A stretch of 50,729 nt of DNA, taken from assembly GCA_009845545.1 (NCBI GenBank), contig VXZK01000391.1, positions 1-50,729 on the forward strand. Reading direction: 5' to 3'. Numbering within the stretch: the first letter of the stretch is position 1; each line of letters begins with the position of its first letter. The DNA comes from Candidatus Poribacteria bacterium (lineage in GTDB: Bacteria > Poribacteria > WGA-4E > WGA-3G). The notes under the pieces were generated by a model. It saw only the letters and a program-made list of their open reading frames with translations, searched no databases and was not told where the DNA came from. The position numbers were made by a program, and so were the translations under genes. Below are positions 1 to 8,212 of the stretch, in pieces.

Positions 1-996
1 TTATTTATGACGTTTTGTATAATGTTTGTCAAATTCAATAAGAATTTCCGGTTTGAAGAACGGCTTCTTTTGACTTTTTGTATTGCTCGGATCAAGGTAA
101 CGAGTCTTGCAAACTTTATCCTTTTTTTCTTCGCATATAGATTTTTTAATATTGTGGAAAGTTTTATTGAGTTTAAAATCTGAGTACCGTTCCTTGCACT
201 TGTTAATAAACGTTTTGTAATCCCAAGGATACCGCTTAAGAACATCTTCTTCTGTTATGCGAACTGCTGGAGCATTGGAATTTGAAGAATCTACAATACG
301 TACACCAAGTGCATCGTTTGTCTTAGATTTTGTGAACTCCACGTTAATATTGACTGTAATTGAGTATTTGGGATCTGTTTCATCCGCTCCCGTCTCAAGT
401 TGCTCCAAATAATTCAAGAAATTCCTTTGCTCATTGTTTAACACAATTGCATTTGTCTGTGTAGGAAGTTCCATAAAAGATAAGGGCATCAGGTAGAAAT
501 TGAACTGGCTTAAATCGCGTTCAAACCATTCTTCTACAAGTGAAACGAAATTTTTGAGGCTGGCGGTTCCTATTTCCTGAAGTTTATTCGCAAAATTAGG
601 AGACGAATTGTAAAAGTGGACCGATGAATCACGCAATTCTAATAGTGCCTGTATGTTTGCCCATGCATTTTGCTCTAAATGCCCCTGTTCGATTAGTTTC
701 TTAGCCAGATAGTCAAGGCTATATGTGAATGGATTGCCTGACCGAGTGCGCTTGATTCTCAATTTCTTGCTTTTTGACCCATCTTTTTTTCTACGAGTTT
801 CCTTCACATAAATGGATTGGATTTTGTTATCATTTTGGTTTAACCATTTTGCCTTAATAAGGAGTTCCCACCCATTAATAGCAAGGATGCAAAAGGTTTC
901 CGCGCGATATTGAAAACCCGCTTTATTGTAAACCTCTATCGCGGAAACAGTGGCGGCTATTGCTTTATCAATCAATTCTTTGGAACGCGATTTCAT
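1..996 (-). CDS. DUF3644-like protein (R-M/defence-island associated, function unknown)
   Basis: Complete 331-aa ORF. The N-terminal block AIEVYNKAGFQYRAETFCILAINGWELLIKAKW fits the DUF3644 signature as I remember it (VEVYNKP..YR.E.F..L...AWELLLKA). It is the last gene of the minus-strand cluster 5672->1, and its stop codon occupies window positions 1-3. Confidence 0.6.
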   Translation of the reverse strand: MKSRSKELIDKAIAATVSAIEVYNKAGFQYRAETFCILAINGWELLIKAKWLNQNDNKIQSIYVKETRRKKDGSKSKKLRIKRTRSGNPFTYSLDYLAKKLIEQGHLEQNAWANIQALLELRDSSVHFYNSSPNFANKLQEIGTASLKNFVSLVEEWFERDLSQFNFYLMPLSFMELPTQTNAIVLNNEQRNFLNYLEQLETGADETDPKYSITVNINVEFTKSKTNDALGVRIVDSSNSNAPAVRITEEDVLKRYPWDYKTFINKCKERYSDFKLNKTFHNIKKSICEEKKDKVCKTRYLDPSNTKSQKKPFFKPEILIEFDKHYTKRHK

Positions 997-1172
997 ATAC
1001 TAACCTTCTTTTAGGCATTATATCTTGCTGGAGTATCTGATGGCGAAGACCTTCAAAAATTGAATAATGCATATTTTCTGATAGAAACAATAATATGTCC
1101 AGCGAGAAAATTCAACCGAATGTAGGAGAAAATGCCGATTACTGATAAGATGTGGCGATTCGGAGGTCGCTC

Positions 1173-3836
1173 CTATGAGGACTCTGTGGTCATTTCATTG
1201 TTGCGGATCCATGCGAAGACGGTGTTAATTTCGGTGACATTTTCTCTCAGAAATTCCGTATCCGTATAGATGATGTGATACTTGAAACGATCATTGGATT
1301 GTAAATCCTCCAAACATTCGACTGCTTTTCTTTTAGCTTCAACTGTCGGGTTTAGACGGTCCCTCTCAGACTTTATCTCAACGATATAGAATTCTCCAGT
1401 GTTCTTGACAATCACAAAATCTGGGAAGTAGTTGTGGTAATTATCATCAACACCTTTGTATTGAAAATGAAAATCCGTTTTCTTCGGATCCGTCAAGCCA
1501 CCGGTAAACAGGAATATCTCTACATCCTCCACCGATGTATTTAAGGACTCTAAGATGATCTCAAAAAACTGACGCTCTGGCTTGGTATCGAAGTTGTACG
1601 GTATATAGTGAAAACTGAGATCGTGTTCATCAGGTAGGTCATCTTCATTGAATAGCAGCCTGTCATCTCTCATACGTTCAGCGTTGCGCTTTTGTATCCG
1701 TAACCGGTGAATGTAGTCACCATTGGTATCTTTTTCAAAAAGAAGGTTTCCTTCATCATCGTGTGTATGGATGAGTGCAAGTACCTCTGATACTTCATCT
1801 TTAACCACCTTGTAATTTTGTAACTGGCTTTCCACCTGCTGGAATAACGGATAGAGATGTCCGTGTGGGACTTCGCCTTTTGGATAGAGGCGTTTGAGTT
1901 TTTTGAGTGTCTCCATAAACGGAAGGTGGTATTTTGCGCCAATGCGCCTTGCCAATGTGTAGCAGTCTGTCGCCCTGTCGGCGACCTCAATTTTGTCCGA
2001 TGCTTCAATGCCAGTCAGTGGGGAAGAGCTGCCACTTCGCGTAAAATTGGGAGTCAGTAAGTTACGAATAATCGGTGGCGGTTCCTGCACATCGGTGGGG
2101 AGGTTCAATTGGATCTCGGTAGAGATATTTTCGTCTCGGACGACACGCGGCACTAATCGAGAAATTTCAAGTTTCGGCAATTCTGTCTTGCGAATACGGA
2201 TTTCAACTTCTTCGGTCTCGGCAGTATGTCCGCTCAGTCTGCCAAGGGTCGTGCCGAAGTTTTCTTCCAATTCCTTATCCAAAATTAGTCTGTTCTTTGT
2301 GTCCAGAAAAATCTTCGCGGGGTGCATATTTCCTTCGACTTGACGCAGACAGCGCGTTGAGGCTTGCAGCACAAAGTTGCTACTCGTCGTCTGTTCCTTG
2401 ATTAGTGCACAAGCGAATAGACTGGGGCAATTCCATCCCTCTACACCTTTACCAATGAGCAGCAAAATACGCTTTTGACTGTCTGGATCGTTAAGTTGGT
2501 TGAACTCGTCAATATCTGCTTGACTTGACTTTTGTGTATTGACGAGTATTTGGGTAGGACTCTCATTGATATCTGCCAATGCCTTTTCAATGTGCAATCG
2601 TGAGATATCCAAATGCTCTTGGGTCTTGAAGTAGAAAGCGATTTTGGCTTTCGCACCGTTGGGCAGTGTTACGTCACCGAAGTTTTCAAAAAATAGGTCT
2701 ATGACGTTCTCAATGACTTCTTCCTCAGGACCATCTCCAATATGGTAATGAACAATACCGCGGTGGAGACTTTTAAGAATGTTATCTTTTATACCTTCGC
2801 CGAGACTATACCACGCGACGACCTCGCGGAGCATCTGCCGTTTGAAATAAGGGGTGCCAGTGGTATTGATAACGGCAATAACCCCTTTTTGCTCTTTGAT
2901 GTAGTTGACTGTTTCCCGCACTCGTTTGAGTTCTTTATCCATCCTATTGCCATAGGTATGGTGTGCCTCGTCTGAAAAGACACCTAAACTCGGTAGACTT
3001 GTAATCTTTTGGAGTCGGAGGTTTGCCTCTAACGTTGCTTGTTTCTCTTTTTCTGCAAATTCCAATTCGGTTTGATTCGCTCGTCTCCTTACGTTTGCCC
3101 GAAGTGCGATTTTTTCAGTGTTCGTGACGATGACGTTGTAGATACTCTCGCTTTGAACCTGAATTTCTTTTGCACCGGCTTGTGGGTAGGTGATTTTTAG
3201 GTTGGCGAGAAAATCACGGTGAAGACTGGCAGGTAGAATCTGATCGAAAGGAATGTCGCTAATCTCTCGTAGACTTTCAATAATCGTTGTGCCCGGGGCA
3301 AAGACGAGAGCATTTTTCATGAAGTCGCTCTCAGGATAGCGGAGTGCCATCGCAAATTCGGTTGCGATAATCGTACCGATGAGAACGGTTTTGCCGGTCC
3401 CCATGGCGAGAGCGAAAATATAACTCGGATACGGGAGCGTGACAGCCTCGTGAACGTGATCAATTCGCTTTTGTCTGACGAATTCTGGGTCATTTTTTAC
3501 CTTCTCAATAACTGAATCAACATCAGGGATCCATTGGAGTTCCGCTGGATCCACTGGAATACCGAACGCTTCAAAGAAATCTCGTTTATCGTCGCTGTAG
3601 TAGTGTTTATAGAGGTCAACTATATGTGGCGTTTTCTGAACAAGTCTCAGGAACCAATAGAGTTCCAGCGATTGGAATTGGGGTTCGCGGAGGTATTTCA
3701 GAGAGATTTGCTCTGGTGGTTCGCCTTCAAACTGATAGCGTAGTACTTCTCCGATGAGTGGGTAATCTGGGCAGGGATATCCTTCGTTGCGCCAGTTGAG
3801 TGTGTCTTCGCGTAGTTTTTCAAAAAGGTGTTGCAT
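1173..3836 (-). CDS. SF2 DEAH-box helicase fused to a C-terminal PD-(D/E)xK nuclease module (type III Res-like, no cognate methyltransferase seen)
   Basis: 887-aa ORF. Motifs read directly: motif I ALAMGTGKT, motif II FSDEAHHTYG, motif III-like NTTGTP. The C-terminus carries YFPDFVIVKNTGEFYIVEIKSE, a classical PD...ExK pattern. It lies 57 nt downstream of the 592-aa ORF on the same strand. Confidence 0.8.
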   Translation of the reverse strand: MQHLFEKLREDTLNWRNEGYPCPDYPLIGEVLRYQFEGEPPEQISLKYLREPQFQSLELYWFLRLVQKTPHIVDLYKHYYSDDKRDFFEAFGIPVDPAELQWIPDVDSVIEKVKNDPEFVRQKRIDHVHEAVTLPYPSYIFALAMGTGKTVLIGTIIATEFAMALRYPESDFMKNALVFAPGTTIIESLREISDIPFDQILPASLHRDFLANLKITYPQAGAKEIQVQSESIYNVIVTNTEKIALRANVRRRANQTELEFAEKEKQATLEANLRLQKITSLPSLGVFSDEAHHTYGNRMDKELKRVRETVNYIKEQKGVIAVINTTGTPYFKRQMLREVVAWYSLGEGIKDNILKSLHRGIVHYHIGDGPEEEVIENVIDLFFENFGDVTLPNGAKAKIAFYFKTQEHLDISRLHIEKALADINESPTQILVNTQKSSQADIDEFNQLNDPDSQKRILLLIGKGVEGWNCPSLFACALIKEQTTSSNFVLQASTRCLRQVEGNMHPAKIFLDTKNRLILDKELEENFGTTLGRLSGHTAETEEVEIRIRKTELPKLEISRLVPRVVRDENISTEIQLNLPTDVQEPPPIIRNLLTPNFTRSGSSSPLTGIEASDKIEVADRATDCYTLARRIGAKYHLPFMETLKKLKRLYPKGEVPHGHLYPLFQQVESQLQNYKVVKDEVSEVLALIHTHDDEGNLLFEKDTNGDYIHRLRIQKRNAERMRDDRLLFNEDDLPDEHDLSFHYIPYNFDTKPERQFFEIILESLNTSVEDVEIFLFTGGLTDPKKTDFHFQYKGVDDNYHNYFPDFVIVKNTGEFYIVEIKSERDRLNPTVEAKRKAVECLEDLQSNDRFKYHIIYTDTEFLRENVTEINTVFAWIRNNEMTTESS

Positions 3837-3893
3837 GTGTTTTCCTAAGGCTGCTTGTTCCTTCTATGCTGATTTCTACAAACGGATGATTTA

Positions 3894-5672
3894 TTACTCA
3901 ACGCCTCGTTCCGTAAAGTATGTCATTATGTCAGCGTGAATCTCATTAAATTTCTGGTCATAAAAAGTGTTTTGAGGTGGATTTTCCCTGAGTATAGAAT
4001 GTAAATAAGCGCTGAAAGGTAGCCTATCGTTCCCAGATGCTTGCCATTGCATCCATTCGTCTAGATGAACATGGAAAAGAGTGTGACTGAGAAACGGTTC
4101 TAACGATTCAAGATCTTCTATCGTTAACACCGTCAGAGGCATAATATCTAAATTCTCCATCTGATGAATGTCCGCCAAAAGCCGTTTGTATTCCAAATCT
4201 AAAAACCAATTCATGCATGGTACAGAGAAAATTCGATCAGAGAGCACCAAAACTGGGTAGATCTTTTTGATTCTGGAAATGTCTATCCCTTCAACGCTCT
4301 GTCTTTGGGTTTCGTCTGCGTGAAACAGAGACTGAATCGCATTGCACAGTTGCTTTATACCTCTCACCTTTTCAGGTCTTTCACCCTCAATGATTTTGTC
4401 CTTCAGCTCCGCGTAAAGTTTGTCAAAATCACCGCTAAACTTGGTGTCCGCTCGTAAAATAGGGGCTTTGCATTCTAACAAGACGAGGGTGTCACTGCCA
4501 CAGATTGCAACATCAGTGCATTCCTCCTCTTGCCTTTGGTCATAATTTGGGGCAATAATGTACTTTTCCACGCGTGGTGCTTGAGCATCTATTCCGCGCT
4601 TAATTATTGAGGCTGCGTAATTCTCAAAAATGTCTCCCCATAAGGCAATAATTTTTTGACCGTTGCCCCGACGTTGTTTTTCTAATTGGTTGCGCATGAT
4701 CCAGAACACACCGGTTTGAAGTTTCTCCAAAAGAAAATAAAAGTCAACACAAAGGATTTGGTCTTCACTTATTTGTACCAACGGGTACTGACGCCACAAG
4801 CGGAATTCATTTTTAAAGCTGGGTGAATTCTCTGCTTTCTCCTTTAGTTCATCTATTGAGATGCAGGTATGTGGTAGAAAATTCTCGTACAACGGTGCAA
4901 GGTCAGGAACTGAATTAGGATCGAAGAACAGCGATCTGTCCATAAAAGGATCCTGTCTAACAATTTCCTGTAGTGAATAATTCCAATACACCGCAAAAAT
5001 GCTAAAAACGAGATGTTGGTAGTCTTGTAGTGTCAATCCTGTAGCCTGCAAGAAAGTTTGGTTCGCGTCAACACCCAAGCACGCTTCCTCAGTTTCAGCG
5101 AGACGGCGCAAAAATTCCGCAGATCTAACCATTAATAACTTTGTGCGGTATCCAGGAGAGGTGTTTATAGCGTAATCTACAGTTGTAATAGTGTCAGCTA
5201 TTATCTCTTTACTAAGTTCCTCTCCAGACATTGTGTTAGAACCAGAACTACCATCATCAAGCATCCCATTGGCAATCAGATAGCATTTTGCCAAGTCATT
5301 CCGGGCATCGCGCCTCTCAAGAGTGTAGGTAGAGTGCTGGTCAGAAACGTGAGCACATTCGGTCAACAAATGCAGGGTAGATTGCCTATTGAAGATAGGG
5401 CGACCTCGCAACCGGCTAAGACTATCAATTGTAGCTAACCAAAAGTCGGAACAGAAAGCTTGCTTAAGTATTTCTTCATCCGATAAGTCTTCAATGCGCT
5501 GAAAAAAGAGGTTAATTCTGGCAAGGTTTACCAAAGCATTCTTGTAATTGAATTTACCTACGATTTGTGTTAGTTCTTCTGTTGATTCTGTATAACCGAG
5601 TTCACGCCCTGTAAGAAGAGGGGATATGTTTATATTTCCAAGTGTTAACTGTTTTCGTGGGTATCTGTTCAT
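3894..5672 (-). CDS. Hypothetical protein with a C-terminal PD-(D/E)xK-like core (first gene of the candidate defence operon)
   Basis: 592-aa uninterrupted ORF. I recognise no motif in the N-terminal ~330 aa. The C-terminal third shows FENYAAS...TDVAICGSDTLVLLECKAP (D...ExK) followed by GIKQL, a layout compatible with a restriction-endonuclease fold. Confidence 0.6.
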   Translation of the reverse strand: MNRYPRKQLTLGNINISPLLTGRELGYTESTEELTQIVGKFNYKNALVNLARINLFFQRIEDLSDEEILKQAFCSDFWLATIDSLSRLRGRPIFNRQSTLHLLTECAHVSDQHSTYTLERRDARNDLAKCYLIANGMLDDGSSGSNTMSGEELSKEIIADTITTVDYAINTSPGYRTKLLMVRSAEFLRRLAETEEACLGVDANQTFLQATGLTLQDYQHLVFSIFAVYWNYSLQEIVRQDPFMDRSLFFDPNSVPDLAPLYENFLPHTCISIDELKEKAENSPSFKNEFRLWRQYPLVQISEDQILCVDFYFLLEKLQTGVFWIMRNQLEKQRRGNGQKIIALWGDIFENYAASIIKRGIDAQAPRVEKYIIAPNYDQRQEEECTDVAICGSDTLVLLECKAPILRADTKFSGDFDKLYAELKDKIIEGERPEKVRGIKQLCNAIQSLFHADETQRQSVEGIDISRIKKIYPVLVLSDRIFSVPCMNWFLDLEYKRLLADIHQMENLDIMPLTVLTIEDLESLEPFLSHTLFHVHLDEWMQWQASGNDRLPFSAYLHSILRENPPQNTFYDQKFNEIHADIMTYFTERGVE

Positions 5673-5983
5673 AATGTAATCTCATTTTCAGGTGTTTGAT
5701 TTTCTTTTCGTGGCTGTTCCAGTGCTAATCAGAAAATGTGCCGCGTTCGTAGATTTCCTGCAAAGGTAGTTCGCATTGGATGGGGTGAGCGGTAGACTTT
5801 CCTCAAGTTCTTGGAAAGCTGCCATGATTTCCTTTCTATTTGATTTTGCTGGGTGTTTTATCCACTGTCTTGAAAGATACCAAAAACAGATTTTTTTCTG
5901 CCAAAAAGATACCAAGGCAAATGTAATATTGCGGTTGCTTCGGATTTTATGCATATTTTCCAACTTGTTTTTAGTATAGTATA

Positions 5984-6012
5984 ATTATACTGTTTTTTGG
6001 TGCGGATGTCAA
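5984..6012 (-). promoter_or_regulatory. Consensus sigma-70 promoter TTGACA-N17-TATAAT driving the 5672->1 operon
   Basis: The minus strand reads ttgaca(6012-6007)-tccgcaccaaaaaacag-tataat(5989-5984). The -10 box lies inside a perfect 14-bp palindrome AGTATAATTATACT (5978-5991). Two direct repeats TTGGTATCTTT sit in the ~300-nt leader (plus-strand aaagataccaa at 5873-5883 and 5905-5915). Confidence 0.7.
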
Positions 6013-6166
6013 GTTTTTTTCGTGGGTAAGTCAGGGGCATTTATAGTAGAATTAACAGGGCACTCTCAAACAATTCTTAATGCTCTCATCGTCCTTGAAA
6101 GTGCCACAGGAAACTAATGGTTTTGAAGTGCCATCATAAACCCAATTATTTCGTAAACCCTAAATC

Positions 6167-6514
6167 TCATCGTTCGTCAAGCAATCTCTCATATTCTGTA
6201 TGTGGACCGATCCAGAACCAAACGATAACGCGGATAGGTTTATCTGTGTTGCCACGTTCGTGTTTACTGACGAGACGCAAGTCTATCGGAAGCTTCAAGG
6301 CATCAGCGACTTGATTCAGATTGTAAAGTTCAAAGAGATAAGAAACACACAGCAACACGAGCGTCTCAACGATTTGCTGAGTCATCCGCTGAAAGTAAGA
6401 AGAAAGAAGGGCTTGAAAAAAGATTGTAGATTTGATAATCTGATGACGCATGAGATGTCCTCCACGTGTTGACTCAAAGGTGGTTCTCTGAGTCATCACC
6501 TCTTGGACACACAT
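6167..6514 (-). pseudogene. Possible degenerate HigB/RelE-superfamily toxin remnant
   Basis: Only the C-terminal tail ...GNTDKPIRVIVWFWIGPHTEYERLL resembles the end of HigB_toxin-type proteins (...GN.YRL......V.I.F.GTHAEYDK). The N-terminal 70 aa look like non-coding read-through. Confidence 0.25.
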
Positions 6515-6577
6515 TCAGGAAGCACGAACGAACTATGAAGTGCGGGAAGCTCAGCAAGAATTCGATATTGAGGAGTC

Positions 6578-7003
6578 ATGATCATGAATAAAACGATTTC
6601 ATTAGATGACCTTCCGCGTCAGGTTGAAAACTTACTACGGGCAACGTGGGAAGCGCATGAAAGTCTCGTACTCGAGCATAACGGGAAGCCTGTAGCTGCA
6701 ATCGTTCCAATGGATGAGTATCGCAAATTACATCCAGATGAGGACGAAAACGCCTTCGCTTATGAACTTCCAATGTACGTCCTTGAAGCGTATCACAATT
6801 TATTGGACAAGAAATTTTCTGCTGGACTGACGAAAGAAGAAGAAATTACGTTGTCGAAATTAGATCAGCAGTTAGATGATGCAGAAGTGGCACAGCCACT
6901 TATACAATCCATGCAGAAACGTGCTACCGCACGAGACGAAAACTGGATGCAAAGATTTGAAGAAGTCATGGCTAAGTTACGCGAGTTGAGGGAAGTGATG
7001 TGA
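6578..7003 (+). CDS. Phd/YefM-type antitoxin domain protein with a long helical C-terminal extension
   Basis: 141-aa ORF. The N-terminus LPRQVENLLRATWEAHESLVLEHNGKPVAAIVPMDEYRKL matches the Phd/YefM pattern (ep..It..gkp.aVl.s.eeYe.L). No recognisable toxin gene follows. Confidence 0.6.
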   Translation: MIMNKTISLDDLPRQVENLLRATWEAHESLVLEHNGKPVAAIVPMDEYRKLHPDEDENAFAYELPMYVLEAYHNLLDKKFSAGLTKEEEITLSKLDQQLDDAEVAQPLIQSMQKRATARDENWMQRFEEVMAKLRELREVM

Positions 7004-7100
7004 ACGACAAAACGGTGCCTCGTATCACACCGTGGAGAGGAATTGTCACCCTACACCCAGACATTGCAACACCGAGGCAGACGAAGAATAAGGACGCATT

Positions 7101-7646
7101 ATGAAGATGAAATTACGCTTTTCTGAATCTGAGATCGGATATTACGCGAACCGCTACACGGAACGTCAGAAAGAGAAAGACCAAATGAAAGAACAGTATC
7201 TGGTTGACCTCAAAAGCAAAGTTCAGAAGCGCGGCCACCTCACGAAAGAAGATTTGCATGATATAGCACGTTGGAAATCACCCCGACGAGCAAATCTTAC
7301 TTTAGAAAACACCGACGACTTCATAAAAGACATTACGAAAAGTGCTTTCACAGTTACAGATGACTGGACAAAGTTGCTAATTTTAACCTTGTTGCAGGGT
7401 GTGAAAGAGCCAACCGCTTCTGCAATCCTACATTTGTTTGACAACGGACAATATCCGCTCCTTGATATACACGCGCTTTGGTCTGTCGGGCTGGAGTGGA
7501 GAACAAGAGCCTCGTATCCGTTCTGGCTGGAGTACATTGAGTTTTGTCGTGAAATTGCGAACAGGAGCGGTGTTTCAATGCGAGAACTTGATAGGGCATT
7601 GTGGAAATTTTCATCTGACTATAGTAAAACCAAACGCCCGCGGTAA
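7101..7646 (+). CDS. OGG-fold (8-oxoguanine-glycosylase-like, HhH) protein of unknown function
   Basis: 181-aa ORF. RWKSPRRANL ... LLQGVKEPTASAILHLFDNGQYPLLDIHALWSVG resembles the family annotated as OGG-fold protein (WKS.R ... GV..PTASAIL ... YPI.D.RA). This is recalled from memory and was not searched. Confidence 0.45.
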   Translation: MKMKLRFSESEIGYYANRYTERQKEKDQMKEQYLVDLKSKVQKRGHLTKEDLHDIARWKSPRRANLTLENTDDFIKDITKSAFTVTDDWTKLLILTLLQGVKEPTASAILHLFDNGQYPLLDIHALWSVGLEWRTRASYPFWLEYIEFCREIANRSGVSMRELDRALWKFSSDYSKTKRPR

Positions 7647-7700
7647 TATAATACCAATTCTGATTGATGATTCTTCTTAAAAGCATCTACTGTTTTTGGT

Positions 7701-7986
7701 TATACCCGGTTCGGTTAGGAATGCAGGTCACATTTGGGCGTGTACGCCGCAAAACCGCACTATAGGTGTCAATTTAGCGATTTTTTCGCGTCATTTGGAT
7801 GCCCTACCTCTACAGATGCCGCCCCTCCGGGGCTTAGGTCTGTGTGGTCGCGTTTTTCTACATAGATACCATCCCTACGGGATTCAAGAGGGGTTTGAAG
7901 TCTTCAAGGTTTCCGCGTAGTATCCGATTCGGTTAGGAATGCAGGTCGCATTTGGGCGTGTACGCCGCAAAACCGAACCTACCGGG
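7701..7986 (+). repeat. Composite intergenic repeat: two ~66-bp hairpin modules (7701-7766, 7921-7986) flanking ~155 bp; MITE/REP-like
   Basis: The two modules are near-identical by eye: (c)ggttcggttaggaatgcaggtc(a/g)catttgggcgtgtacgccgcaaaaccg(c/a)ac. The arms ggttcggtt/aaccgaacc are complementary. The same family occurs in reverse orientation at 17943-18150, 41604-41634 and 50704-50729. Confidence 0.8.
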
Positions 7987-8066
7987 TCTGGGGACGACAA
8001 CAGTTATTTTTTCTAAAATTGACACTTATGGAGACTGAAAAAACATTCAACTAACAGAAACCTCTT

Positions 8067-8104
8067 AAAATCCGCGTAATCCGTGTCATCCGCGAAAATC
8101 CGCG
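8067..8104. repeat. Four tandem 9-10-nt units (aaaatccgcg / taatccgtg / tcatccgcg / aaaatccgcg)
   Basis: Read directly from the sequence, about 110 bp upstream of the 8213 CDS. Confidence 0.7.
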
Positions 8105-8212
8105 ATTCAGACAGCGAATAAATTTGCGTTTTTAAATCAAATATGTTATCGTATCCTTTCATTACCATCCCAGCGATTCACCTTATTCAGTGAAAACACG
8201 AAGATACTGACA

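Noticed and set aside
5688-5963. 91-aa ORF upstream of the 592-aa gene as a fourth operon gene.
   Set aside because: The sequence is hydrophobic and basic with no motif. There is no Shine-Dalgarno sequence at its first ATG, which lies only about 14 nt from the predicted transcription start. Only the internal 45-codon version has an RBS, and even that is unproven; it is kept as a note under the promoter finding.
7696-7920. 74-aa ORF (MVIPGSVRNAGHIWACTPQNRT...) between the island and the DUF1573-like gene.
   Set aside because: It is a translation of the hairpin-repeat element. The same DNA recurs in both orientations at other intergenic sites.
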